In this document: one piece after another, positions 35,790 to 48,867 of the stretch
Layout: each line of letters opens with the position of its first letter
Position numbering within the stretch: the stretch's first letter is position 1
DNA from: Somniosus microcephalus
Lineage: Eukaryota
Direction of reading: 5' to 3'
Assembly (NCBI GenBank): GCA_052327205.1
Contig: CM126230.1
Location: 24,366,001-24,430,000, forward strand
Length of the DNA: 64,000 nt
Notes under the pieces: generated by a model
Seen by the model: the letters and a program-made list of their open reading frames with translations, nothing else
What the model was told of the DNA's origin: nothing
Databases searched by the model: none
Program-made: the position numbers and the translations under genes

Positions 35790-36468
35790 GGGGGGAAAAT
35801 TCAGTTGGTTGCGCCACCCGTTAGCGCCTTAAGAGGGCGCTAAGTGGGGCGCAAACCAACTAGCGCCCAGGCGCGGCACTGCCCACGCCTCCCGCAAAAT
35901 TCAGCGGGAGGTTAGTGGTGGCGCTAACCGGTAGCGCTGCGCCGCTGGCGATGACGTCTTTGGTGTGCGCAGCACCCCGCTCACACCACAGCCGCGATCT
36001 TCGGGAGTGCCCCCTGATTTACCACTGGACGCTATGTCCGACAGGGTCAGGGTGGCGTACCTGTGGCCGGGGAGGCGCAATTTAAAGGCGAGGTGCGGGG
36101 CGGCCATTTTTGTTGCTGGCCGCCTGCCAGCACCTGCCTGCGCTCCCGTCCCCGGCCTCCTGAACCCCTTGAGTGCCGGGCTCTTTTGCCTTCACTCCCG
36201 ATCCCCGGGGGCCCAGCTGGGCCCCAGATCACGCTGCACAAGGCCCCTCCCCTTTAAGAAGGGGAGGAAGGCCTGCAATACCGCGGCGCGACGATATTCA
36301 CTCACAGCGCCCCAAGAGGGATGCGGGGCACTTCCAGTAACGCCCCACTTCCCTCTTGGGGCGCAACTACTCAATTTCCGGCGCGGGGGCGCTAATTTTT
36401 CCAGGGCGCTACTTTTAGTGCCCCGGCGAAGTTAGCACCTCAATTGGGGCGCTACTCAATTTTTAGCC
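35790..36468. mobile_element. Harbinger-derived MITE
   Basis: GGGGGAAAATTCAG...TCAATTTTTAGCC termini; the reverse-complemented right end aligns with H1 4240-4465 (gcgccccaagagggaagtgg, ttcttaaaggg). Confidence 0.82.
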
Positions 36469-37020
36469 ATTCGGCCCCTCGAGCCTGCTCCGCCATTTAA
36501 TGAGCTCATGGCTAATCATCCAAACTCAGTACCCTGTCCCTGCCTTCTCCCCATATCCCTTGATCCCTTTAGCCTTAAGAAATATATCCAACTCCTTCTA
36601 GAATATATTTATGAATTGGCCTCAACTGCCTTCTGTGGTAGAGAATGCCACAGGTTCACCACTCTCTGGGTGAAGAAATTCCTCCTCATTTCTGTCCTAA
36701 ATGGCTTACCCCTTATCCTTAGACTGTGAGCCCTGGTTCTGGACTCCCCGACCATTGGGAACATCCTTCCTGCATCTAGTCTGTCTAGTCCTGTTAGAAT
36801 TTTATAAGTTTCAATGAGATCCCCTCTTATTCTTCTAAACTCCAGCGAATATAAGCCCAATCGACCTTCTTTTCTGCCAGGTGAAGATAAGGTAAGAATT
36901 AGGAGCAAGAGTCGGCCAATACGGCCCCTCGGAGCTGCTCCGCCATTCAGTAAGATCATGACCGATCTTCGACCTCAACTCCAATTTCCCACCCGATCCC
37001 CATATCCCTTGATTCCCCTA
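36466..37020 (-). mobile_element. Two CR1 3' fragments (36466-36866, 36890-37020)
   Basis: GLYSLEFRRIRGDLIETYKILTGLD...; CR1 3' UTR motifs. Confidence 0.88.
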
Positions 37021-37448
37021 AGACCAGCATAAGGAGGAGCCGGGGCCAGAAGAGGCCCAAACAGCTAAGTTTATTTATTTTCCTTGCGAGGTCAGGAGAA
37101 GGAGGAGTCTCCCCCGTGTCCCATAAAACAAATCTCCTGCTGCGGACTCGCCCCACCACCCTCCCATTCCTGAATGCGAGACGCTCCCAGAAGCCGATCT
37201 ACCTTGTGTCAGTGGATGGCTTCGGGATTTTCTACCACTTCCCACTGACTGCCCGCCTGTTCTGGGCGGGCTGTCGGCCAGCGGGATTTAAATGAGGCCT
37301 GGGAGTGAAAATAGCCCAGGCCTCATTTCTGGAGCTAAGCTCCAACTCACCTCACTATCCACCCACCCAAAACATGCCTGGAGTTAAAATCAGGCCCTAT
37401 GTTTTTCCTACACGATACAGACTGGTCCATTGTCAGTCTATTGAGCAT

Positions 37449-37880
37449 CAGCTGTGGCTCAGTGGGTAGCACCCTTGCCTCTGAGTCAGAAGGTTGTGCA
37501 TTCAAACCCTACACCCGAGACCTGTAACAAGTACTGAGGGAGTGCCGCACTGTCGGAGGTGCCGTCTTTTGGATGAGACTTTAAACCGAGGCCCCCTCTG
37601 CTCTCTCAGGTGGTTGTAGTTGATTCCATGGCACTATTTTGAAGAAGAGCAGGGGAGGTGTCCTGGCCAATATTTATCCCTCAACCAACATCGCTAAAGC
37701 AGATTATCTGGTCATTATCACATTGCTGTCTGTGGGATCTTGCTGTGCGCAACTTAGCTGCTGCATTTCCTACAGTACAACAGTGACTACACTTCAAAAA
37801 GCAGTTCCTTGGCTGTAAGGTACTTTGGGAAGTCCAGTGGTCGTGAAAGGCGCTATAGAAATGCAAGTCTTTCTTTCTTC
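37449..37880 (+). mobile_element. DeuSINE
   Basis: tggctcagtggg A box, Deu core, gcaagtctttctttc tail. Confidence 0.9.
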
Positions 37881-38029
37881 TCATTGCATTCTGTGATCCC
37901 AGGGTAAATAGGTATTCCTTCTCCTAACACCATTCTTTGCAAACTTCAAAACATGTAGCACCCTGCCAGGACTAATCACTGCATAGCACCGATCAAAAAC
38001 ACCACATGATCAGTGGTGTACATTTAAGG

Positions 38030-40276
38030 AGTTATTTTACAACTTACAAAAAATATATATTCCACTGAGAAGAAAAGGGTGTAAAAGAAAAGACAGCCAT
38101 CCGTGGCTAAGTAAAGAAATTAAGGATAGTATTCGACTAAAAACAAGGGCATATAAGGTAGCCAAATCTAGTGGGAGGATAGAGGATTGGGAAAACTTTA
38201 AAAGACAGCAAAAAATAACAAAAAGATTGATTAAGAAAGGGAAGATAGATTATGAAAGTAGATTAGCAAAAAATATAAAAACAGATAGAAAGAGTTTTTA
38301 TAGTTATATAAAAAGAAAAAGGGTGGCTAAAGTAAATGTTGGTCCCTTAGAGGATGAGACCGGGAAATTAATGGTGGGAAATATGGAGATGGCAAAAACA
38401 CTGAATGAATATTTTATATCAGTCTTTACAGTAGAAGACACTAAGAATATCCCAACACTGGACAAACAGGGGGCTAAAGGGGGGGAGGAGCTAAACACGA
38501 TCAAAATCACTAAGGAAGTGGTACTCGGTAAAATAATGGGACTCAAGGCGGATAAATCACCTGGACCTGATGGCTTATATCCTAGGGTCTTGAGGGAAGT
38601 GGCGGTAGGGATTGTGGATGCATTGGTAATAATTTTCCAAAACTCCCTGGACTCGGCAAAGGTCCCGGCAGACTGGAAAACTGCTAATGTAACACCCTTA
38701 TTTAAAAAGGGCAGTAGACAGAAGGCTGGAAACTATAGACCGGTTAGCCTAACATCTGTGGTAGGTAAAATTTTGGAGTCCATTATTAAGGAGACAGTAA
38801 CAGGACATTTGGATAATCATAATTTAATAGGACAAAGTCAGCATGGTTTTATGAAGGGGAAGTCATGTTTGACAAATTTGCTGGAGTTCTTTGAGGAAGT
38901 AACATATAGGGTGGATAAAGGGGAACCAGTGGACGTAGTGTATTTAGACTTCCAAAGGCATTTGACAAGGTGCCACACAAAAGATTATTGCTTAAGATAA
39001 AAAATCACAGGATTGGGGGTAATATTCTGGCATGGATAGAGGATTGGCTATCTAACAGAAGGCAGAGAGTTGGGATAAATGGTTCATTCTCAGACTGGCA
39101 ATCAGTAACTAGTGGTGTTCCGCAGGGGTCAGTGCTGGGTCCCCAACTGTTTACAATCTATATTAACGATTTGGAGGAGGGGACCGAGTGTAACATATCA
39201 AAGTTTGCAGATGATACTAAGATGGGAGGGAAAGTAGTGAGTGAGGAGGACATAAAAAACCTGCAAGGGGACATAGACAGGCTAAGTAAGTGGGCAGAGA
39301 TTTGGCAGATGGAATACAATACTGGAAAGTGTGAGGTTATGCACTTTGGCAGGAAAAATCGTAGAGCAAGTTATTATCTTAATGGCAAGAAACTGGAAAG
39401 TACTGAAGTACAAAGGGATCTGGGGGTCCTGGTGCACGAAATCAAAAGGTTAGTATGCAGGTGCAGCAAGTGATTAAGAAGGCCAATGGAATGTTGGCTT
39501 TCATTGCTAGGGGGATAGAATATAAAAATAGGGAGGTATTGCTTCAGTTGTACAAGGTATTGGTGAGACCGCACCTGGAATACTGCGTACAGTTTTGGTG
39601 TCCATACTTAAGAAAGGACATACTTGCTCTCGAGTCAGTACAAAGAAGGTTCACTCGGTTAATCTCGGGGATGAGGGGATGGACATATGAGGAGAGGTTG
39701 AGTAGATTGGGACTCTACTCATTGGAGTTCAGAAGAATGAGAGGCGATCTTATTGAAACATATAAGATTGTGAAGGGGTTGGATCGGGTGGATGCGAGGA
39801 GGATGTTCCCGATGATGGGTGAAACTAGAACTAGGGGGCATAGTCTTAGAATAAGGGGCTGCTCTTTCAAAACTGAGATGAGGAGGAACTACTTCACTCA
39901 GAGGGTGGTAGGTCCATGGAATATGCTGCCCCAAAAAGCTGTAGAAGCTACATCATTACATAAATTTAAAACAGAAATAGACAGTTTCCTAGAAGTAAAG
40001 GGAATTAAGGGTTACGGGGCGCGGGCAGGAATTTGGACATGAGTCTAGGTTCGGATCGGACATGGCCCTGTGGGTAGCGGAGCGGGCCCAGGGGCCGTGT
40101 AGCCTGATCCTGCTCCTATTTCGTGTGTCTAATTCTGTTAGATTCAGGAGATGGTTCTGTGATAGTGGATTGGCGGTTAGGATCAGATCAGCCATGATCT
40201 TATTGAATGGCGGAGCAGGCTCGAGGGGCTGATTGGCCTACTCCTGCTCCTATTTCTTATGTTCTTATGTTCTTAT
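38030..40276 (+). mobile_element. CR1 LINE, 2.2-kb 3' part (RT)
   Basis: KSPGPDG, NYRPVSLTS, QHGF...SCLTNL, GVPQGSVLGP, FADD; two frameshifts; (ttcttatg)n tail. Confidence 0.96.
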
Positions 40277-40455
40277 GTAAAATAATATGAGTATAAAGCA
40301 CTATAGTATTGTTGGTGTGTAACTGCAACAAGTGGTGCAGCACTGAACCATAAAAGGTAGGAAAGTCCCACTCCAAGGTTTGATCCCTGGTCTGTGTTGC
40401 ATTTACCAGTCTCAGTCAAATCATCTGTGGGAGTGGAACCATTGGCTTCGGCGTT

Positions 40456-40997
40456 ACATAAGAACATAAGACGTAGGAGCAGGAGTCGGTCATTTGGCCC
40501 CTCGAGCCTGCTCCACCATTCAATAAGATCATGGCTGATCTGATCTTGGCCTCAACTCCACTTCCCCGCCCACCTCCCCATAACCCTTGACTCCCTTACC
40601 ATTCAACAATCTGTCTATCTCCACCTTAAATATATTCAATGACCCAGCCTCCACAGCTCTCTGGGGAAGAGAATTCCAAAGATTCACGACCCTCTGAGAG
40701 AAGAAATTCCTCCTCATTTCCGTTTTAAATGGATGCCCCCTTATCCTGAAACTATGCCCCCTAGTTCTAGATTCCCCCACGAGGGGAAACATCCTCTCTG
40801 CATCTACCCTGTCAAGCCCCTTCAGAATCTTATACGTTACAATAAGATCCCCTCTCATTCTTCTAAACTCCAATGAGTATAGGCCCAACCTGCTCAACCT
40901 TTCTTCATAAGACAACCCCTTCATCTCCGGAATCAACCTCGTGAACCTTCTCTATACTGCCTCCAATGCAAGTATATCCTTCCTTAAATAAGGAGAC
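40456..40997 (-). mobile_element. CR1 LINE 3' fragment
   Basis: ORF 40936-40529; same subfamily as 17762-18597. Confidence 0.93.
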
Positions 40998-41434
40998 TGT
41001 GGAGAGGAAAATGGGGTCATATTTTTGGTCAAGATCTCCATCCTGAGACATGTGCGTGCATACATTGGGCTTGTCTGTGAAGATGCACTCGTCTCCCTTC
41101 CCCCTCCATGGCAAACTAGCTGTTGGAACAACCACTTGCATGAGGGACCAGAGGACCGCCACTGTTTGGGCAACTGAGCCAGGACTACGAGAAAACTTAT
41201 GCTTTGGAGAAATTGGATAAGGTATTTGGGAAATTATAATTAAATAATCCACTCTAAGTTAAAAAAAATACTCAAGCCCATTGAACAACCGTAGTACTGA
41301 ATGTGTGCTTTCCTTATCTTTGAGGCAAACACCAAGAACATCAGAAATCCTGTCATTGTTCACATTTAATTGTATTCCTGCACAGCTGTTGTATACAAAA
41401 ATGGTCAAAAATGCATTAAGAACTGCCAAAATGC

Positions 41435-41822
41435 TCCCTGCTGATGGCTCGGCTGGTTAAGGTCAGACAGACTGCAATCCGCGCTGAGTCAACAGATCTC
41501 AGCTAAGCAGCAGCAGGAATGTAGGAACAGGAGTAGGCCACACAGCCCTTCGAGCCTGTTCCGAGCCAGTCGTTGTGCTGCAGTTGGCCGCAGTGCCCTG
41601 GGTTAGGGAGGGAAGAAACAGCCAGGGTTCCACCTGCTGATTCTCCAACGTGTGTGTGCGTGCATATGTCGGGATGAGGCTTGCCTATGATGCCCCCCCC
41701 CCGCCCCTCCCAATGTTCGTACAGCCCGCTGGCACTCAATGGCACTCAAATACTAGCCAACTGGGTGAGATGGTGGAAGGCTGGCTGATGCCCGTGGAAC
41801 TGTACCCCAGTGAGGAGTCAAA
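41435..41822 (+). mobile_element. Ancient SINE-like repeat, with a short CR1 tail inserted at ~41517-41562
   Basis: A-box-like tggctcggctggttaa; homologous to 133-468. Confidence 0.55.
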
Positions 41823-42029
41823 GAAGGAAATGGAGAACATTGAAAGAAAAACAAAGTTAAAAACAGTAAAAAAAATACCCTGCCAGTATAAAATCTTTAA
41901 TGCGTGTCAGCAGATCTCCAGAGGCATTGCTCACAGGTAGTCTGGGGTCTGGAGCACGGTGATAATGTTTAGCTGCCAGCCCGGCTTGTCACTTTAAGAC
42001 CACTGCTCAGGCACTCCTCGGGTACGAAT

Positions 42030-42245
42030 AGCGCCGTGGGATCTTTTACGTCCACCTGAGACGGCAGACAAGGCGTCGGTTTAACGCCTCATCTGAAAGA
42101 CGGCACCTCCGACAGTGCAGCACTCCCTCAGCACTGCACTGAAGAACCAGCCTAGATTATGCACGCAAGTCTCTGGAGTGGGGCTTGGACCCGCGACCTT
42201 TTGATTCAGAGGCGAGAGGGCTACCCACTGAGCCACGGCTGACAC
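42030..42245 (-). mobile_element. DeuSINE 5' half
   Basis: tRNA head and Deu core on the minus strand. Confidence 0.85.
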
Positions 42246-42544
42246 TCAATTGCTTTGGCTACTTCCTGCTCTTCAGGTGCTATGTTGCAAGTCCCACAAC
42301 AGTGACGTGTGAATTTGCCTGGCTGCAGTGGCAGGACTTCTTTTGGTGGTGTGGATCCTACCGGGAGCCCTCCTGGTGTACCAAATGACCCCTGCGCCCA
42401 GGAGACTGGCTGGGGTCGTGGCAGCAGATGGTACTTAGAAGAGCAAAGAGCACTACTTTGGTGAGAAATGTTTGGCCAAGTTTCTTGAGGGGAGGGGGGA
42501 GGGGGGGGAGTAAGGCAAGTCATCCCAATGACATCACACAACAA

Positions 42545-42911
42545 GCCTTTATCTCAAGGGGCCTGGAATACAAAGGAGGGGAAGTGATGCCTCAGTTGTA
42601 CAGAGCTTTGATCAGACCCCATCTGGGGCACTGCGATCAGCTTTGGGCACCAGACCTCAGGAAGGATGCAATGGCCTTGGAGGAGCTGCTGCACTTTGTC
42701 ACACAAAGGGCAGTAGAAATCTGGAGCTCTCCCCCAAAAGGCTGTGGATGCTGGGACAATTGGAGCTTCCCAGATTGAGATCGATAGATTTGTGTTCGGT
42801 AAGGGTGCCAAGGGGCATGGAGCAAAGGTGGGAAAATGGAGTTGAGATGCAAATCAGCCATGGTCAAACTGAATGGCGGAGCAGGCTCTGGGGGCTGAAT
42901 GGCCTACTCCT
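42545..42911 (+). mobile_element. Degraded CR1 3' fragment
   Basis: FISRGLEYKG...LYRALIRPHL; internal deletion; CR1 3' UTR. Confidence 0.8.
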
Positions 42912-42919
42912 TTTTTTAA

Positions 42920-43243
42920 AAATTGTTCCTGGGATGTGGGCGTCGCTGGCAGGGCCAGCATTTATTGCCCATCCCTAATTGCCCTTGAGAAGGTGGTGGT
43001 GAGCCGCCTTCTTGAACCGCTGCAGTCCTTGCGGCGAAGGTACTCCCACAGTGCTGTTAGGGAGGGAGGTCCAGGATTTAGACCCAGCGACGATGAAAGA
43101 TCGGCGATATACTTCTAAGTCAGGATGGTGTGTGACTTGGAGGGGAACTTGGAGGTGGTGGTGTTCCCATGCGCCTGCTGCCCTTGTCCTTCTAGGTGGA
43201 AGAGGTCGCGGGTTTGGGGGGTGCTGCCGAAGAAGCCTTGGCT
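42920..43243 (-). mobile_element. 3' end of the second CR1-type LINE family
   Basis: Minus-strand PSKSHTILT-type coding end and gggatgggcaataaatgctggcc tail. Confidence 0.78.
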
Positions 43244-44096
43244 TGAACTCCTGTTCCTAATTGTTGAATCCGTGATTCTTAAAGTATGATGTTTTCCAAT
43301 AACTACACAGAGGCTGTAACTTAACAATCAACAGGTGTTTACTGGAGTAGGGTAGTCTCAAGACTGACAGTACCGAGGCATGCTCAAGGCTTATATACAG
43401 GTGTGGTCACTGCCGGTACTACAGTATACAGGAGCTGTAAAAGTAGTTCTCTCTTAAAGGTACATACACTACAATTCCTCCCCTTTTAGATTAGCAGTAC
43501 CCATAATATTCAAATAACAATTAACACTTTAACATGCACATTAAACAGAAATAGTCCATTTATAGATTCAGTCTTTGGGGCGGCTTCCTGATCCTTTCTG
43601 GATAGTCCCTTTCCTGAGGTTCTTGTTCTTGGTGCGGAGGCGATTCTGGCCCCCTTTCATCGGTTAGTTCATCAGTTTCCACTGCTACTGTTTCTGAGGT
43701 AGATGCTACCAGTATGTCGGGTTCATTCCCAGGTACGCGAGACATGGGGTTGACTCGTTCCTGTGACGCTAAGATCTGGTCGACGTGGCGTCTCACAATG
43801 TTCTCCCCGACATCCACTGTGCACATTAATGGCCCCTGCCGTGTGCATATCGTTCCGGGTTGCCATTTCTCTGTTCGGTAGTCACGGACCAAGACTGGTT
43901 GTCCTACATTGAAGCTCCTTGTCGGCTTCTCATTGATGTGCTGGAATTGTTTATCCTCAACATTTCTTCGCACATTTGGTCTGAGCAAATCCAGACGAGA
44001 TCTCAACCTTCGGTTAAAGAACATCATGGCCGGGGTCTGGTTGGTAACTGCATGTGTCGCATTTCTGTAGGCTAACAGGAAATTGTCCACCTTATG

Positions 44097-47000
44097 TGTG
44101 GTGTATGTGCCTTTAAGAGCCCCCTGTGTACTGTAATGCCGGTAATGGCCACTCGGGCTAAAAAAGCCTGTATATTGTCTTGTCTCTGTTAGTTCACCGC
44201 CAGACTTTGTCCAGTAAACACCTGTAAACCAACTCCTGCCTTCAGTGTCTCTATTAACGCACGGATACAACAGTGGCGACGAATTGGAAACGGACTTACC
44301 TGCAATTCGGCAGCACCTCAAGGACATCGATTCCTCAGACGTCCAAAGTCGAAGAAAAGCAAGAAAAAGAAACTGCGGTTTCACCAGCTAGCCGAGCTGG
44401 TGGCAGGTACTGCAATAATCCTTCCTGGGCGGCGGGCTGGGGCTCCATCGGCTGGCTCTGCAGCGAGGCCAAGCAGCGAAGGTGGAGGCAAACAGAAACA
44501 GACGGGGGGAGCACTCGGGAGACGGCCGGCGCTGCAAAGCAGGTCGGCGTTCGGACCTAGCAGAGTGAGGGGAAAGTCCCAGAGAGTCCGGCGGGAACGA
44601 GTCTCCACCTGTAAATAAAAAAATTAATTTAAAAAACCGCGGAAAACAGCATTGTCAGCAGCAGCAGCGGCGGGAAAGCATGGGAAGAGCCATATTTTTT
44701 CTGCAGGAAAAAAAAAAGGAAAGCGCGGGAAGCGCCATTTTTTTTCCTGGATGCCTAAGGCTGGCAATATTGATGCTTTTGATAACGATATAGAGGATTG
44801 GACCACATATGTGGAAAGAGTGGAGGTATATTGCACAGCAAATGGAATAGAAAATGATAAAAAGGCGTCAGTACTTCTAAATCTAATGGGCGCAAAGACA
44901 TACAGGCTGTTACGAAACTTAATCACTCCAGCCAAACCGATGGACAAGAATTTTAAGGAGATTGTTGATACCCTACACTGCCAATTCGGGGCAGGACTGG
45001 CAGATTCTCTACGAGACAAATTCGTCTGCGGTCTCCTAAGTGAAGGAACACAAAAAAGGCTACTTTCTGAGAAAGATTTGACACTGGACAAGGCTTTCAG
45101 TGCAAGAGGAGCTGCAGAGATACAGCAAAAGCCACAGGACTTCGGCACCCATGAAATGACACGGGGTTTCGAGAGATGCTATCGCTGCGGCAGATCCACC
45201 CATGACCAGAGGGACTGCTGGTTCAAGGACAAAGCATGCAGGCAATGCGGAAAGATGGGACACATTACACGTGTATGCCGATCTGGAAACAAAAAATCCA
45301 CTGACAGAAAAAAAATCAATAAGGAAAAGTACAGAAAGGTACAAATGATGACGGACAGTAGCTCCGAAGACCAGAAGAACGATAGCGACTCCGGAAACAA
45401 GAGACTAAGCTCTCTCAAATTACATAATGTAATTGCCAAAGAAGATTACCAGACCATTTGGGTTACCCTCACGATAGCGGGGTCCCCAGTTAAAATGGAG
45501 CTAGATACAGGATCAGCTCTGACCGTCATAAGTAGACGGGATTACGAGCGGCTATTTCCGCATATACCTTTGAAAGACAAATCCATTATCTTGAAAACAT
45601 ATACGGGGCAGAAAGTATACCCCAAAGGGAAAATAAAGGTGCCTGTTGTATACAACGGCAAGGAAATACAGAAGTTGTATTCATACGTTCTGCAAGATGG
45701 TGGTCCACCGCTGTTGGGACGTGAATGGATCAGGAAGATACGTTTGGACTGGCACTCCATTCAGGCACTGACGGTGACCAGTAAGAAAAAAAATGATGAT
45801 GACATCATACCTGAACGATTAAAAGACATCTTGGCCAACGCCAAAGAAGTGTTCCAACAGGAACTAGGAACCTTGAAAGGCATCACCGCCTCAATAAAGG
45901 TGGAAGATGCGGCAATTCCCAAGTTTTTTAAGGCAAGGCCGGTGCCATACGCAATTCGTCCAGCAGTCGAGGCAGAGCTGGAGAATTTGGAAAAGACAGG
46001 CGTGTTATCCAAGATAGATTGGAGCAAGTGGGCAACACCCATCGTCCCGGTCATGAAGAAAACGTTAAATAACGATAAATCTGAAGAACAGAGAAAAATT
46101 CGCATCTGTGGGGACTTCAAGGTGACTGTAAACCTAGTCCTTCACACGGTACAGTATCCTCTTCCGAGGATAGAAGATATTTTCGCCTCACTATCCGGAG
46201 GGAAACGTTTCACAAAAATTGACTTGGCACAGGCATATCTACAGATGGAGGTTGAAGAGGCCTCTAAAAAGTGTCTCACAATAAACACACACAAAGGCCT
46301 GTACCAGTACAATCGACTGGTTTTCGGAATAGCACCAGCTCCAGCGATCTGGCAAAGAGCTATGGAACAAGTCCTGCAAGGGATTCCTGGGACTCAATGC
46401 TACCTAGATGACATCCTTGTAACAGGAGAAAACGACAACAAACACCTTGCCAATTTGGAGAAGGTGGTCACTAGGCTGAGAGAACGGGGCCTATGAGCAA
46501 ACCGCCCCAAGTGCGAATTTTTCCAGAAACAAATATCATATTGTGGCCACATAATTAATGAAGAAGGGTTGCATAAGTCCCCTGAGAAAATTGAAGCGGT
46601 CATAAAAGCACCAGCACCTGAAAATGTCTCACAATTAAGGTCATTCCTGGGATTGATAAATGACTACCATAAATTTTTACCGAACTTGTCAACTGTTCTG
46701 CACCCTCTTAACGAACTGCTACAAACAGGAGTAATTTGGGAATGGAGCGAGGACTATAAACGTGCCTTCCATAAATGTAAAGGCTTGATCACGTCCAAGG
46801 AAGTTTTGGCTCATTACAACCCATCACTGCCAATCAGACTGGCGTGCGATGCATCCCCTTATGGCGTAGGAGCGGTATTATCACATAGATTCCCTGATGG
46901 CTCAGAACGGCCGATAGCTTTTGCGTCACGCTCATTGAACTCAGCTGAGCGTAACTATGCCCAGATCGACAGGGAAGCACTCAGCCTGGTATGGAGAGTG

Positions 47001-48867
47001 AAGAAATTCAACCATTACCTACACGGACAAAAATTTACCTTGTTGACTGACCATCAACCCCTCGTCTCCATATTCAACCCTAAAAAGGGTGTTCCCATTA
47101 TGACCGCGCAAAGGCTACAGAGGTGGTCCCTTTTCCTAGGGGCACACCAATATGACATAGAATACAAAGGATCAAAACAGCATGGGAATGCTGATGGTTT
47201 ATCGCGCCTACCGTTGCCAATGGTAGAAGAGGCACCTATAGTAGACCCAGTGGAGATGTTCTACTCAACCATAGTGGAATGTCTACCAGTAACAAATTCT
47301 GCCATTGAAAAGGAAACGAGAAATGACCCGACTCTCTCACGAGTCTATGATTTAACGGTGAAGGGATGGCCAGCACATGGCGAACCACTGTTGCCAGCAT
47401 TCTCGCAAAGAAGAGAACAGCTGTCCAGTGTGCCGAGGAACCTTGATGTGTGGATCCAGAGTGGTGATTCCACCCAAACTCTAGGATAAAGTGCTAAAGG
47501 AGCTTCACGAGGGGCATCTGGGTGGAGTGAAAATGAAGAACCTAGCCAGAGCGTTTGTGTGGTGGCCAGGTATCAATGGAGACATCGAAGAAATGACCAA
47601 GAGCTGCCTAGGATGCCAGAAGGTCCAAAACGCCCCACCACAAGCCCCTCTACATCCATGGGAGTGGCCCTCATCTCCATGGCAAAGGGTACACATCGAC
47701 TTTGCTGGTCCGTTTATGGACTCAATGTTCTTAATCGCGGTTGATGCACACTCCAAGTGGCCGGAGGTAATAAAGATGTCCTCCACCACCACGGAAAAAA
47801 CCATCACAGTATTAAGGACCATATTTGCCAGGAATGGGCTGCCTGAACAGATCTGTTCTGATAATGGACCGCAATTTGTGTCCGAAGAATTCAGGAAGTT
47901 CTTAAAAAACAATGGGGTTAAGCACTACACGTCCGCCCCATACCATCCCGCCACCAATGGATTGGCTGAAAGGTTTGTCCAGACCTTCAAGAAGGCCATA
48001 AAGGCCATGGGTAATGAAGACATAAAACTTCAGCATAAGGTAGATAACTTCTTGTTTGCATACAGGAATGCAACACATGTGGTTACAAACCAAACTCCCG
48101 CCATGATGTTCTTCAATAGAAGCCTAAGATGCCGGCTGGATTTGATCAAGCCAAACATCAGAAGGGACGTGGAGAACCGGCAATTTCAAGGCATGAATGA
48201 AAGGCCAACTAGAACCTTCCAGATAGGTCAACAAGTTTTGGCCCGGGACTACCGTACCGAGAAATGGCAGCCTGGAACTATTTGCACACGACTAGGACCG
48301 CTAATGTATACCGTGGACATTGGAGAAAGCATAATAAGGCGCCATGCTGACCAGATCATAGAGTCATCCGAAAAGGGACAACCTACACCACAACTCTATA
48401 CGCCTAATGATGAAATAGAGATACCCATAGTATCTACCTCCGATCCGGTGATACTGGAACCAGATGAACCCAACACTGGCATTCAAGCCGAATCAGCCTT
48501 GCCAAAAGAACCTACTACACCACCAGAAACTACTACACCACCGAGGCGTTATCCGGACCGAGTCAGGAAGCCTCCAGAGAGACTGACTTATAATTGATTA
48601 ACTGCAGCAATGTGTAGATTATTGTTCTTGTAACATGTTAATTAATGATTACTTAAAATATTATATACTGGTTGTCTAAAAGGGGAGGAATTGTGGTGTA
48701 TGTGCCTTTAAGAGCCCCCTGTGTACTGTAATGCCGGTAGTGGCCACTCGGGCTATATAAGCCTGTATATTGTCTTGTATCTGTTAGTTCACCTCCAGAC
48801 TTTGTTCAGTAAACACCTGTAAACCAACTCCTGCCTTCAGTGTCTCTATTAACACACGGATACAACA
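44097..48867 (+). mobile_element. Full-length Gypsy (Mag-like) element G3, nested antisense in the G2 integrase
   Basis: 176-bp LTRs at 44097-44272 and 48692-48867 (7 mismatches); TSD TTATG; PBS TGGCGACGA; PPT AAAAGGGGAGGAA. Confidence 0.96.
44751..48597 (+). pseudogene. G3 gag-pol
   Basis: CYRC...H...C and CRQCGKMGHITRVC knuckles, ELDTGS, YLDD, RNase H, integrase SDNGPQF; TGA at 46494, frameshift ~47425, ~40-codon Gag deletion relative to G2. Confidence 0.94.

Noticed and set aside
35527-37400. A single large DNA transposon spanning GC-rich 35527-35780 and 37030-37400
   Set aside because: MITE-like ttaaaatc-gccc ends are present, but I could not establish a matching TIR pair or TSD.
43560-44384. 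274-aa ORF with a novel N-terminus on an integrase C-terminus
   Set aside because: A chance fusion of the antisense G3 LTR/leader with the split G2 integrase.
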